Positions 19,073-28,820 of a stretch of DNA of 64,000 nucleotides are shown here, in pieces. Within the stretch, counting starts at the first letter, position 1; the number at the start of each line of letters is the position of its first letter. The translations under genes were made by a program, and so were the position numbers. The notes under the pieces were generated by a model. It worked only from the letters and a program-made list of their open reading frames with translations. It was not told the DNA's origin and did no database searches. Origin of the DNA: Deltaproteobacteria bacterium (GTDB taxonomy: Bacteria; Myxococcota_A; Polyangia; Polyangiales; Ga0077539); the NCBI GenBank assembly GCA_030694465.1, contig JAUXYJ010000103.1, positions 155,057 to 219,056 of the forward strand. The letters run 5' to 3'.

Positions 19073-20290
19073 GTGGCGTCCTTCTCTGCAGCAACACGTG
19101 AGCTCGTCCTTAAGCTCGTCTATTACGGTCCTGGCCTTGGCGGCAAGACGACCTCTCTCAAAGCGCTGCACGCGGCCGTGCGGCCCGAGCACCGCGGGCG
19201 CATGATCTCGCTCGCGACTCCGGTCGATCGCACGCTGTACTTTGACTTCTTGCCGCTGCGCTTGCCCAGCATCGGCGACGTGCAGCTGCGCTTGCAGCTC
19301 TTTACCGTCCCGGGCCAAGTGTACTTTAACGCCACACGCAAGCTCGTCCTCACGGGCGCTGACGGCGTGATCTTTGTCGCAGACTCACAGCGCGCGCGGT
19401 CCGAGGCAAACACCGAAGCGCTAGACAATTTGCGGGACAATCTCCGCGAGCTCAACCGAAACTTCGACGAGCTCCCGTTGGTGTTTTCGTACAACAAGCG
19501 CGACCTGGACGACGTGTTTGACATGGCGCAGCTCGACCAAGCGCTCAACCCCCGCAAGGTGCCCTCGTTTGCTACGTCGGCGACCCGCGGCGAGGGCGTG
19601 TTTGAGCCCCTGGATGCCGTCGTGCGCGAGGCCCTCGCGGATCTCGTGCGTCGCAAGACCCTCCCGCCCGATGTCCTCTTGCCCCAAGACCGCACCGTGG
19701 CCGAGCGGCTCGCGAGCGTCCAGGCAGAGGTCCCCAGCCGCAGCGTAGAGCCTGCCCAGGTCGTCGCTGGGGCAGCGCCACGGACGCCTCCGCCGGTGCC
19801 CATCCCAAGCGAAATCGAGGCCGCGCTGAGCCAAGCTACCGAGACCGTCGAGCGCCTGGTGTCCCCAGGCCAGAGAGCGCATGAGCCTCGCAACACGGTC
19901 ACGATGCCCGCGCTTCAGGTGGGGCCCACGAGCGATCGCAACCGGCGCTCGCTCACGCTGTCCTCGCTGTTTGACACAGACGAGCAAGAGGCTGTCAGGA
20001 CCATCGAAGACGCGCTCGACGAGGGGCTGCATCCACGTGCACTTTTGCTGCTCGAAGCGCTGTTGGTGAGGGTCTTAGATCGCAGCGCACGGATGGTCGG
20101 GCGCACCGAGGGGCACCACGAGGCGACCGCGTGGATGCTCGGGATTTCGCCCGAGCGCTACGCACGCACACGCACCGCCGCACAGCGCGCGCGACGCGGA
20201 ACCGCGGCCACACGACGCGAGGCTCTCGAGGCCTACGTGCTCGCGTGCAGCGCGCAGATCGCCGTCGCCGCGATGAGCGAGCGTGGCTAA
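19073..20290 (+). CDS. MglA-family Ras-like GTPase with ~210-aa C-terminal extension
   Basis: The N-terminal 195 aa are nearly collinear with M. xanthus MglA: LKLVYYGPGLGGKTTSL (P-loop), ISLATPVDRTLYFDFLPL (Arg-finger region conserved), TVPGQVY (catalytic Gln conserved), NKRD. GTG start 38 nt after frr. The extension is Pro/Ala-rich and then helical, with no known domain. Confidence 0.85.
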   Translation: MASFSAATRELVLKLVYYGPGLGGKTTSLKALHAAVRPEHRGRMISLATPVDRTLYFDFLPLRLPSIGDVQLRLQLFTVPGQVYFNATRKLVLTGADGVIFVADSQRARSEANTEALDNLRDNLRELNRNFDELPLVFSYNKRDLDDVFDMAQLDQALNPRKVPSFATSATRGEGVFEPLDAVVREALADLVRRKTLPPDVLLPQDRTVAERLASVQAEVPSRSVEPAQVVAGAAPRTPPPVPIPSEIEAALSQATETVERLVSPGQRAHEPRNTVTMPALQVGPTSDRNRRSLTLSSLFDTDEQEAVRTIEDALDEGLHPRALLLLEALLVRVLDRSARMVGRTEGHHEATAWMLGISPERYARTRTAAQRARRGTAATRREALEAYVLACSAQIAVAAMSERG

Positions 20291-20315
20291 CTCTGTCTGA
20301 AATATTGCAGCACTG

Positions 20316-20846
20316 ATGACACACCCGGCGATCGTATTGCTCCGCGCCATCAACCTCGGATCGCACCACAAGCTCCCCATGGCGCAGCTCGTCGCGCTGC
20401 TTGAGCAAGCCCAGTGCACCGAAGTGCAAACGTACATCCAGAGCGGCAATGTCATCCTGCGCTCGAAACTCCAGGGCGACGCGCTGCGCAAGCACCTTGA
20501 GTCACAGCTGCTCGCAAAGCTCGGCGTTGAGATCCCAGTGGTGGTGTGCTCTCTCGATCACTGGCACACGCTCGCCGCGCGATGTCCTTTTGAGCAGGAC
20601 AATCCCACGCATTTGCATGTGATGTTCTTTGCCCAACCGCTGGCCCCTGTGCCCCTCCTCGAGCCTCTGCGCTATGCGCCCGAGCGCTTCGCCATCGATC
20701 AGCGCGAGATCTTTTTGCACCTCCCCAAGGGCATGGGCGTGTCCAAGCTCGCCCCCGTCATCTCGCGCAAATACCCCGAGGGGACCGCTCGCAACTGGCG
20801 GACGGTCCTCGCGCTCACCGCCCTCGCTGAGAAGCTTACAGCGTAA
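20316..20846 (+). CDS. DUF1697 family protein
   Basis: N-terminus VLLRAINLGSHHKLPMAQLVALLE…VQTYIQSGNVIL matches the DUF1697 signature (LLRGINVGG.NK..MAEL…V.TYIQSGNV.F). Confidence 0.75.
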   Translation: MTHPAIVLLRAINLGSHHKLPMAQLVALLEQAQCTEVQTYIQSGNVILRSKLQGDALRKHLESQLLAKLGVEIPVVVCSLDHWHTLAARCPFEQDNPTHLHVMFFAQPLAPVPLLEPLRYAPERFAIDQREIFLHLPKGMGVSKLAPVISRKYPEGTARNWRTVLALTALAEKLTA

Positions 20847-20849
20847 GTC

Positions 20850-21827
20850 TTAGGCCCCAGGCTCGCGCAGCAAGAAGGGCATCGCCACATCGAGAAAGCG
20901 CTCGGTCGCATCGACGTGTGCAAAGTGGGATGCCTCGTCGAGCCAGACGAGCTCGCTGTCGGGCAAGAGCGCATGCAATCGCGCGCCGACGGACGGGGGC
21001 ACCATGGGATCTCTTCGCGCGTACACGAGCTGCAGCGGTAGTGGGCTCTCTCCGAGGGCTCTCAGGGCACGCTCAAACCGCCGCATCGCGCGGACATCGA
21101 GCGTGTCTTCGAGCGCGCGAGCAAACGCGCTGAAGCCCGACGCGGTCGAGAGCGGGTGACCGTAGACCCTGTGTTCTTCCTGGGATTTGAGCGATTCGTC
21201 GTAGTAGTGCACGTTGCGATGGACCCACTTGAGCGGGTCTCGCTGGACGATGGCGCGTAGCGCACGCTCCCAGATTGGGACGCTCTTGAGCGCACAGCGC
21301 AGCGCGACCATCCGCGCCGTCGCGAGACCCGGCGAGTGGAGGTTGACCAAACGCGAGAACACACTGCGATCTTGCAGCGCGAGATGCATGCAGAGGTAGC
21401 CGCCCATGGAGTTTCCGATGGCGGCACAGCCTCGGAGAGAGAGCGCGGTCACGAAGGCCCCGAGGGTCTCAGCGACGGCCTCGGGCGGATAGCGACGCGC
21501 GGGCTTGTCGCTCTCACCGCAGCCCACAAGATCTGGAATATACACTGTAAATTCGCTAGCCAACTGCGCGACTGCGTAGCGCCACGAGTACCCCGTCGTC
21601 ATGAGCCCATGGACAAGCAACAGGGGCGGCCCCGAGCCCGTCACGCGATAGCGCATCGCGAACGATCCAAACCAGTCGGTGTGCACGCGCACCGAGCGCG
21701 CCGTAAGCGAAAACCACGGGTGGGGCACACGCGGCCGTGCGGGCACATCGGCGTACGCGAGCTGCTCAAAAGGGCGGAGAGACACCCTCGCGAGGGTAGA
21801 GCCTTCGGGCGCGCGATGGGCCTGCAA
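20850..21827 (-). CDS. alpha/beta-fold hydrolase
   Basis: LLLVHGLMTTGYSWR oxyanion region. GNSMGG nucleophile elbow. C-terminal Asp/His region. Confidence 0.8.
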   Translation of the reverse strand: MQAHRAPEGSTLARVSLRPFEQLAYADVPARPRVPHPWFSLTARSVRVHTDWFGSFAMRYRVTGSGPPLLLVHGLMTTGYSWRYAVAQLASEFTVYIPDLVGCGESDKPARRYPPEAVAETLGAFVTALSLRGCAAIGNSMGGYLCMHLALQDRSVFSRLVNLHSPGLATARMVALRCALKSVPIWERALRAIVQRDPLKWVHRNVHYYDESLKSQEEHRVYGHPLSTASGFSAFARALEDTLDVRAMRRFERALRALGESPLPLQLVYARRDPMVPPSVGARLHALLPDSELVWLDEASHFAHVDATERFLDVAMPFLLREPGA

Positions 21828-21939
21828 ATGGGCTTATCGATCGACGATCCCGTCGGACCTCGCGACTGTGCGACAGGGCTCGACAGGGCACATCGAGGAT
21901 TCGCAATCGCGTGGGCTCGCGCTACGATCGCGCAACATC

Positions 21940-22914
21940 ATGACGCGCAATCTTCATACGCTTCTTTTTGCATCGCTGTCGTGCCTCGTCGCATGTGGCG
22001 GTGGTCCAGTGAACAACACCGACGGAGGGGCGGACGGCGACGCCGGGATGACCCTCTCACGGGTGACCGGATCGTTCACGACGATCAGCAGCGGGACCAC
22101 CAGTGAGCTCCGCGGAATCTGGGGAATTTCGCCCACAGATCTCTACGCCGTGGGCACTCAGACGCTGCGAAGATACAACGGAATGAGCTGGGCGGGCGAC
22201 GGTCGCACCGAGACCTTCGCTGCGGTGAGCGGCAGCGCTGCAGTGGGCGCCGTCGCGGTCGGTGGCGAGATGGGGATGTCCGGCGGAAGCGACATGGGGC
22301 GCGGCGTGATCGTGCAGCGCTTGGGCACAAGCTGGACCTCGCGCATGGTCGCGATGACGACGCCTCAGTTGCAGGGGGTGTTCGTCGCCGGAATGGACCT
22401 CTTTGCTGTGGGAAATGGGCTTATTCTGCGGGCTCCAAACAACGGCACCTGGGCGCCGTCGATGACGCCCGAGGCCGCCGGAGATCTCTACGCGCTGCAT
22501 GGCACAGGGCCGAGCGATGTGTGGGCTGTGGGCGAGAAGGTGTGGCACTGGGACGGCACCGCGTGGACCCGGTCCAACACGGGCAGCACGAGCTACGCGC
22601 TCGCGGTCTCGGCGATCGCGCCCAACGACGTGTGGATCGTGGGCGTGAGCGGCAGCGCGCGCCGTTGGGACGGCACGATGTGGGTGAATTTTCCCACGGG
22701 AATCAACGAGAGCCTGTACGGAATCTGGTCGCGCGCGGGCAACGACGTCTGGGCTGTGGGCGAGCGCGGCGCGGTCGTGCACTTTAACGGCGCCATGTGG
22801 GAGCGTGTGATGTCAGGCACCACCCAGACCCTGCGCGCGGTGCATGGATTTGCAGACACCGGGCAGCTCTTCGCGGTGGGCGAGAACGGCACCGCAGTGA
22901 CCTACACTCCCTGA
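21940..22914 (+). CDS. lipoprotein with beta-propeller repeats (Ycf48/BNR-like)
   Basis: Lipobox LSCLVACGGG at ATG 21940. It has repeated ~45-aa units containing DVWAVG(E)…W.WDGT.WT. Confidence 0.5.
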   Translation: MTRNLHTLLFASLSCLVACGGGPVNNTDGGADGDAGMTLSRVTGSFTTISSGTTSELRGIWGISPTDLYAVGTQTLRRYNGMSWAGDGRTETFAAVSGSAAVGAVAVGGEMGMSGGSDMGRGVIVQRLGTSWTSRMVAMTTPQLQGVFVAGMDLFAVGNGLILRAPNNGTWAPSMTPEAAGDLYALHGTGPSDVWAVGEKVWHWDGTAWTRSNTGSTSYALAVSAIAPNDVWIVGVSGSARRWDGTMWVNFPTGINESLYGIWSRAGNDVWAVGERGAVVHFNGAMWERVMSGTTQTLRAVHGFADTGQLFAVGENGTAVTYTP

Positions 22915-22918
22915 GTTT

Positions 22919-23446
22919 TTACAGGGATCCGAGGGGATCGTCTTCGAGCTTGGCGTTGTCTAACCCGCCGCATTTGCGCAGGGCTTCGTAGACGACAATG
23001 GCCGCGGCGCTGGCGAGGTTGATCGACCGGACGGCGCCGGCGGTGGGGATTCCGTAGCAGCGATCGCTAAATCGTTCGAGCAGGTCGCGCGGGAGCCCAG
23101 CGGACTCTTTGCCAAACACAAGCGCGTCGCCCGGAGCGATGTCCATGTCGAGATAGCTCTTGGCGCCTGTGGCTGAGAATACGTGGATTTTTGCACTAGG
23201 TTTGCGCAACTCGAAGGACCTAAAATCCGGGTGTGTCTCGAGCTTTACGAGGTGCCAGTAGTCCAAGCCCGCGCGCCGCACGGCCTTCTCATCGATCTGA
23301 AAGCCGAGGCGCCCGACGAGGTGCAGTGGGCACTGCGTTGCGGCACACAATCGCGCGATGTTGCCTGTATTCTGCGGGATTTCTGGCTCGACCAGCACCA
23401 CCTCAAGGGGCGACGCGAGGGGCGAAACGCGGAGCTTGCGTGTCAT
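22919..23446 (-). CDS. trmL: tRNA (cytidine/uridine-2'-O)-methyltransferase TrmL (SpoU family)
   Basis: VVLVEPEIPQNTGNIARLCAAT…LVFGKESAGLP. TrmL-sized, single SPOUT domain. Confidence 0.85.
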   Translation of the reverse strand: MTRKLRVSPLASPLEVVLVEPEIPQNTGNIARLCAATQCPLHLVGRLGFQIDEKAVRRAGLDYWHLVKLETHPDFRSFELRKPSAKIHVFSATGAKSYLDMDIAPGDALVFGKESAGLPRDLLERFSDRCYGIPTAGAVRSINLASAAAIVVYEALRKCGGLDNAKLEDDPLGSL

Positions 23447-23477
23447 GTGCGCGGGACGATACCGTCACACTCGCCGT

Positions 23478-24717
23478 GATGTCCGAGACTTTTTGCCCAC
23501 CCGCCCGTCGATCGCACTCTCATCCACGCAGCGCCCTGCGTGCGTTGCGCTGCGTCGCCGCTGTCGCGATGAGCGCTGCACCCCAGATCGCCCACGCGGA
23601 CACGAACGATTTAGCGCTCAATCGCCTGACTTTCTTCGATGGCGCCGCGGTCGGTGCGCCCGAACCCGCGTTTCAGTTTCGTGGCGGATGCGGCACGATG
23701 GCCGCGAACTATGCGCAGTGCTTTGCAGACAACACAGCGTTTGCAAACCTCGCCAATGAGCTTGGCGGAGCGCTCGCTCCCGGGCTCCTCGCGCCTGCCG
23801 CGACCATTGGCTACAACCGCGTGTACATCGCGTACGAGCACTCGATCACCAACATCAACGCGGGCTCCTCGCTGCGCCACTGGCAGCGTGGAACCGAGGG
23901 CATCGCGGCCTCGTCGCAGGGCAACGGCACCGAGCGCTCACGCACCCGCGTCCCCGAGGTTCTCTTCGCCTCGCGTTTGCACATGCGCCACGGGCTGCCC
24001 TACGGCTTTGAGCTCGGCGCGCAAGGGACCTACCTCCACGACTCGGGCCTGGTCGCCATGGGCGTGGACATCAAGTGGGCTCCCTTCGAGGGATTTCGCA
24101 CGGGTGTGGGCTACATCCCCGACATCGCCATCCGCGGCGCGGTCAACACGCTCGTGGGCAATCAGCAGCTCTATCTCACGGTCGTGAGCATCGACGCGCT
24201 GATCTCAAAGGCCATCACCGTCGCGGGCTCGTTCTCGATTACGCCCTACGCGGGGCTGCAATCGCTCTTGGTCTTTGGGGACTCTACGGTGATCGACGGG
24301 ACGCCGACGCGCTCAAGCTCGCAAGAGTGCTCACGACGCGACACGGTCTACAGCACAGACCCCATGACCGGACAGACCACGTCCTCGCTCGTCTGCGTCG
24401 CCGGAACAGGCACCCCCGCCGGCGCCTCCAGCGACTCTTTTAACGACGTAGTCTTTTTGCCCACGAGGCTCCTGCGCTGGCGGCCATTTGGCGGATTTCG
24501 CATCAAATACGGGGTCTTTACCTTCACGTCCGAGTTCATCATGGACGCGACCTCTCCCACGGCGCTCGCGGGCGGCTGCGGTGGCAGCGGCTCAGTCCCC
24601 GCGTATTGCGTCTCGGGGCGCCCTCGCGCGTCCAACGACGCCACACGGGACGCAGTGCAAATCGACCCGAATTTTCGCCAGTTCTCCGTGAACTTCGGCG
24701 TCGGCGTGACCTTCTAG
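23478..24717 (+). CDS. outer-membrane beta-barrel protein (hypothetical porin-like)
   Basis: Signal peptide …AAVAMSAAPQIAHA/DT. Alternating amphipathic beta-strand pattern. C-terminal VNFGVGVTF ends in an aromatic residue, typical of OMPs. The start codon is uncertain. Confidence 0.5.
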
Positions 24718-24721
24718 CGCT

Positions 24722-24741
24722 GACCCGGCGACGTCGCCGGA
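24722..24741. repeat. GC palindrome copy 1 (GACCCGGCGACGTCGCCGGA; perfect 16-nt core CCGGCGACGTCGCCGG), 8 nt after OMP stop codon
   Basis: Direct reading. The palindrome is centred on GACGTC. The 20-mer is identical to the copy at 33187–33206. Confidence 0.8.
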
Positions 24742-24787
24742 GTCATTCGCTTGCCACCGACCACCCCTCGCGTCCATCGTCACGCGC

Positions 24788-25519
24788 ATGACCGAGCGCG
24801 CCCCTGTGCAAGAGCCCTCTTCGCGATGGATCTATCACCTCGTGACCCCCTCGCGGTGGGCCCTCGGAGATGACCCGTACACGCCCGACTCGATCGCGCA
24901 TGAGGGCTACATCCATGGCTCTTTTCGCAGTGAATTACGCGAGAGCGCCAGGCTCTACTTTGCCCCCGAGAGCGCTCCCATTGTGCTGCAGCTCGACCCT
25001 GCCGTGCTGGCCGCGCATGGGATCGAGATCGTGTACGCCGACACCCCCCGCGGACCGATGCCACACCTGCACGCGCCGCTGCCACGCGCTGCGGTTCATC
25101 GCACGCTCACGCTCGACGAGAGTGACCAGAGCGACGACACACGCTCTGCGCTGGACACACTCTTGGCCAAGGTCCACGCGTTTAATCTCGCGCGCGATTG
25201 GCAGCAGTTTCACTCACCCAAGAACCTCGCGATGGCGCTGACCATCGAGGCCAGCGAGCTCGCCGAGCCCTACCGCTGGGACACCGACGCGCAGGCCTGG
25301 GAGCGCGCCCTGAGCGAGGCTGGACGCGCGCACCTGCAAGACGAAATGGCTGATATTTTGCTGCTATTACTCTCTCTCGCGGACTACAACAAGCTGGACC
25401 TGCTCGGCGCGACCGAGGGCAAGCTCGCGCGCAATGAGTCGCGCTATCCCGCTGCGCAATCCCGAGGACGCGCGGACAAGTACACCGCGTACCAAGCGCG
25501 CAAACCCGACGAGCCCTAA
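24788..25519 (+). CDS. DUF952 – MazG-like nucleotide pyrophosphohydrolase fusion protein
   Basis: The N-terminus WIYHLVTPSRW…PDSIAHEGYIHGSF is DUF952-like. The C-terminus is MazG/dCTPase-like (…EASELAEPYRW…ADILLLLLSLADYNKLDLLGATEGKLARNESRYP). Confidence 0.7.
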   Translation: MTERAPVQEPSSRWIYHLVTPSRWALGDDPYTPDSIAHEGYIHGSFRSELRESARLYFAPESAPIVLQLDPAVLAAHGIEIVYADTPRGPMPHLHAPLPRAAVHRTLTLDESDQSDDTRSALDTLLAKVHAFNLARDWQQFHSPKNLAMALTIEASELAEPYRWDTDAQAWERALSEAGRAHLQDEMADILLLLLSLADYNKLDLLGATEGKLARNESRYPAAQSRGRADKYTAYQARKPDEP

Positions 25520-25580
25520 GCGCTTGCCCCACGAACCGCGTCAGAGCTGTTGCACGCGAGTGCTGTTGCGCTACCCTCGC

Positions 25581-26387
25581 GACCCTCATATGGCAATCGA
25601 AGCGATCGCACTGCTCAAGTTTACGCCCGCACAAATCGAAGCCGCTTTTCCGGCCCAAGGGAGCACGCGCCCAGGCGCAGACGGCCAGCCGCTCAAGCTC
25701 TCGGCGCTCGAAGACGCGGTGTTGCTCACGCTCAACGTGAGCTTTGACCTCGAGCCCGACGAAGCCGGCGCGCTCTTGCGCAAGCGTCTTGGGTCGCTCC
25801 TCGATTCGCACACAGACAGCCGCGGAGTGCTCGTGCTCCCCGACCGCGCCAAGCCCCGCAGCAAGACCTACGACGACGCCATCGACGAGGTCGGCGAGCT
25901 GGGTTTCTGGGCCAAAAAAGTCGACAAAGACTACAAGCCGGCTGCACGTACCCCACGCGCGCAGCTCGACGAAGACCTGAGCAAGACCCTCAGCGATGAC
26001 AACACCCTCGGCGCACAGATGCAGGCCATGATGGGCGGGTTCTCGCCCGACATGATGGCGCAGGCGCAAGCCATGTTGGGCTCTCCCCAGGGCGCAGATC
26101 TCTTCGCCATGGCACAGCAACAGCTCCAAGCCATGATGTCTCAGCCCGGCGGAATGGACGCCCTCGCCAAAGGACTCAGCGAGGTCATGGGCGCTCAAAA
26201 CATCGACGCAGGCCAGCTCAAAGCCATGCTCCCCGAGAAGATGCCCACCCCCGAAGAGATGAAAGCCCTCTTTGAGCAAGGCAGCAAAGACTTCGAAAAC
26301 ATCGCCCGCGAAGACCCCAGCAAGGTCAAAGAGCTCACCGACAAGTTTGGCTCACTGCTCGACTCTAAAGAGCCCAAAAAGAGCTGA
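25581..26387 (+). CDS. hypothetical Met/Gln-rich protein
   Basis: ATG at 25581. It has a central low-complexity region (MQAMMGGFSPDMMAQAQAMLG…MAQQQLQAMMSQPGGMD). The antisense 365-aa ORF is His/Arg-rich and unlikely to be real. Confidence 0.45.
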   Translation, partial: DPHMAIEAIALLKFTPAQIEAAFPAQGSTRPGADGQPLKLSALEDAVLLTLNVSFDLEPDEAGALLRKRLGSLLDSHTDSRGVLVLPDRAKPRSKTYDDAIDEVGELGFWAKKVDKDYKPAARTPRAQLDEDLSKTLSDDNTLGAQMQAMMGGFSPDMMAQAQAMLGSPQGADLFAMAQQQLQAMMSQPGGMDALAKGLSEVMGAQNIDAGQLKAMLPEKMPTPEEMKALFEQGSKDFENIAREDPSKVKELTDKFGSLLDSKEPKKS

Positions 26388-26422
26388 GCCCCGCGCAACC
26401 GTCCGTCGTTGCCGCTCTGCCT

Positions 26423-27883
26423 TTGATCACCAATCTGCCGCTCTCACGCGCCGCCAAGCGCGCACTTTGGCTCTGCCTCACCGCGCAGGGTCTGTCAGCG
26501 ATTTTGGCGGCCCTCATGATCCTCGCGGGTCCCGAACTAGACACCGACGCGTTCGGCCACTTTATCGTCGCGCGCCGCATGATCGAGCACCCCAGCATGG
26601 TGTCTGTGCACTGGGTGTGGCTCCCGCTTTGGCACATGGTGTTGGCCGCGATCGAGCTGCTGGGGGGCGGGCTCACCAGCGCGCGCTGGCTCTCGTGGAC
26701 CCTCGGCGGGGTGACCTCTGCCGTTGTATTTGCAGCGCTCTCGCAAGAGAGCCCAGAGCTCGACCGCTCACATCGCGTGATCGAGGCCTCGCTCGCCGCG
26801 GGCCTGTGGGCGCTGTGTCCCCTCGCCCTGCTCGCGCGCAGCTCGGCCGAACCTGAGGCGCTGTTCACATTATTGATCAGCGTCTCTGCGTGGCAGTGGG
26901 CACGCCATCACCCCTGGCGCGCCGGGACAGCGCTGGCCCTCGCGGCGCTCTGTCGCTACGAAGTGTGGCCCGTCCTCGGGGCGGTCGCGCTGTGGCCTTG
27001 GATCAATCCATCCGCCAAATCCCTCGGACAACGCGCGATCGATGCACGCAAAGATCTCGGCACGTGGCTGTTGCCCGCCCTCGCGGTGCTCGCGTGGTGT
27101 GCGGTTCACCGCGTGCAGCACGGCGAGTGGCTCTGGTTTGTCCGCGAGAACCGCGCGTTTGCGCTGCGAGCCGTGGCGCGTTTGTTTGTCTCGCTGCCCT
27201 CGGTGCCGCGTCGCGCGGCTTGGTATGCGCTCACGTTGCCCTGGCTCGTGTGGGGCCCCGCGGTGCTCTTGGCGCCATGGGGAATGTGGCACCTGCATCG
27301 CAGGCGACACCATCGCTGGCTGCTCATGCCCTGCGTGATTGTCACGTTCTTGAGCTACGCGTGGCTGCGAGGACAGCACCTTGGGCTGGTCCGACACGCG
27401 ATCGCGACCAGCCCGTTTTATGCGGGCGCGATTGCGCTCGCGCTGACGGCGTGCGCTCGCTGGGCCCAGGGCGATCCGCGACGACGTGCTGCGTTTGTGT
27501 TGTGCATTGGCGTGTCATTTTGCTGGTTTATGTTCAACGTTGGGGCCCATGTGCGTGGGCATGTGCTGCAGGCCCAAGGCGCCCAGCGCGAGGTCCGCGC
27601 CGCGGCCGCGCTGCTCGCGCGCGAAGCCCACGACGACGCGATGGTGTTTTGCGATGACGCGATGGTCGAGCTGCACGCCGAGCTCGACCGCACGCATGTG
27701 CGTCGCTGGGCCGGGCGCGATGTGCGCCGCGCCAACGTGTGCGAAGCCCAGCTCGCGACAGGTCAGCCGACCTGGGTCGTGAGCACCCCGCGCTCGCTAC
27801 GCGCGCTGCAGGGCCTGTGCGAGCCGAGATTCAGCGCGCGCTCGGTGCTGGTACTGCGCTGTGATTGTCAGCTATTTCGCTGA
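26423..27883 (+). CDS. polytopic membrane protein, GT-C superfamily glycosyltransferase-like (PMT/ArnT-like)
   Basis: About 11 predicted TM helices. The first loop carries D-x-D..FGHF (LDTDAFGHFIV), resembling the DE.HFG motif of GT39/GT83 enzymes. The start (TTG 26423) is uncertain. Confidence 0.45.
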   Translation: MITNLPLSRAAKRALWLCLTAQGLSAILAALMILAGPELDTDAFGHFIVARRMIEHPSMVSVHWVWLPLWHMVLAAIELLGGGLTSARWLSWTLGGVTSAVVFAALSQESPELDRSHRVIEASLAAGLWALCPLALLARSSAEPEALFTLLISVSAWQWARHHPWRAGTALALAALCRYEVWPVLGAVALWPWINPSAKSLGQRAIDARKDLGTWLLPALAVLAWCAVHRVQHGEWLWFVRENRAFALRAVARLFVSLPSVPRRAAWYALTLPWLVWGPAVLLAPWGMWHLHRRRHHRWLLMPCVIVTFLSYAWLRGQHLGLVRHAIATSPFYAGAIALALTACARWAQGDPRRRAAFVLCIGVSFCWFMFNVGAHVRGHVLQAQGAQREVRAAAALLAREAHDDAMVFCDDAMVELHAELDRTHVRRWAGRDVRRANVCEAQLATGQPTWVVSTPRSLRALQGLCEPRFSARSVLVLRCDCQLFR

Positions 27884-28815
27884 TCCAAGTGAGCACGCGC
27901 CTGCGCGATCGCCTCGCGCACGACCTCGGCCGAGTGAGCGAGCTCGCTGCGCTCACGCGCGCTGCATTCAGGCAGTCCCAGCGACGTGGCGCCGTGCGAG
28001 CCCACAATGGCGGGGAGCCCAAGAGTGCACGAGAGCTCTTTGCTGTAGGTCGACACCGTGAGCACCGTGCGCTCGTCGCGTGCGATGGCCCGTGCGATGC
28101 GCGCGGTGACCGCTCCGATCGCGTGAGAGGTAGCGCCCTTGCGCGCGATGATCTCTTGCGCAGCGCCACGCACTTCGCGCGTGAGGGCGTCCCGCCAAGC
28201 ATCATCGAAGGGCACGCCGTTGCGCGCGCAAAACTCGCGCAAGGGCACACCCGCCACGCGCGCGCTGTCGAGCATCGAGACCGACGAGTCACCGTGCTCG
28301 CCCAGCACCCAGGCGTGGACACTCGACGGATGAATCGCGAATTTTTCTGAAATAAAGCTGCGCAAACGCGTGGTGTCGAGCACCGTCCCGGTCCCCAATA
28401 CCGCGACGCCGAGGGGCTCCCATCGGGCACGCAACAGCTCGGTCATCACGTCCACCGGGTTGCTCACGACCACAACGACCCTGGGCAACCCGCCACGCTC
28501 GATGGCCTCAGCGATCTCGCGCATCGCGTGGGCGTTGCGTGCCAAGAGCTCGAGCCTCGTCTCGCCAGGGTGCTGCTTTGCGCCCGCGGTGATCACGCAC
28601 AGGTCCACAGGGACGAGCGCGTCCATCGGCAGCGCCTCGACCTGCGGGGCGCCCATCAAAGGGGCCGCGTGTGCGAGGTCCAGGGCCTCACCCTGGGCCT
28701 TGTCCATCTTAATGTCCGTTAAGATTAAATGACTAGCGATTTGGCTGTACATCATGGACATCGCGCACGCGACTCCGACGGCCCCGGCGCCCACGATCAA
28801 CACACGATATTTCAT
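27868..28815 (-). CDS. ldh: L-lactate dehydrogenase
   Basis: Rossmann motif VLIVGAGAVG. The substrate loop ITAGAKQHPGETRLEL has Gln rather than the Arg of LDH-like MDHs. Catalytic motif GEHGDS. Confidence 0.85.
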   Translation of the reverse strand: MKYRVLIVGAGAVGVACAMSMMYSQIASHLILTDIKMDKAQGEALDLAHAAPLMGAPQVEALPMDALVPVDLCVITAGAKQHPGETRLELLARNAHAMREIAEAIERGGLPRVVVVVSNPVDVMTELLRARWEPLGVAVLGTGTVLDTTRLRSFISEKFAIHPSSVHAWVLGEHGDSSVSMLDSARVAGVPLREFCARNGVPFDDAWRDALTREVRGAAQEIIARKGATSHAIGAVTARIARAIARDERTVLTVSTYSKELSCTLGLPAIVGSHGATSLGLPECSARERSELAHSAEVVREAIAQARAHLDQRNS

Positions 28816-28820
28816 ACCCG

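Noticed and set aside
19123-19902. 259-aa minus-strand ORF antisense to the MglA-like gene
   Set aside because: The plus strand has an unambiguous GTPase signature. The minus frame is Ser/Arg-rich with no features.
25182-26279. 365-aa minus-strand ORF overlapping the Met/Gln-rich gene
   Set aside because: It has a His/Arg/Gly-rich antisense-type composition. The plus strand was preferred, although its GC3 is lower than expected, which is why confidence is only 0.45.
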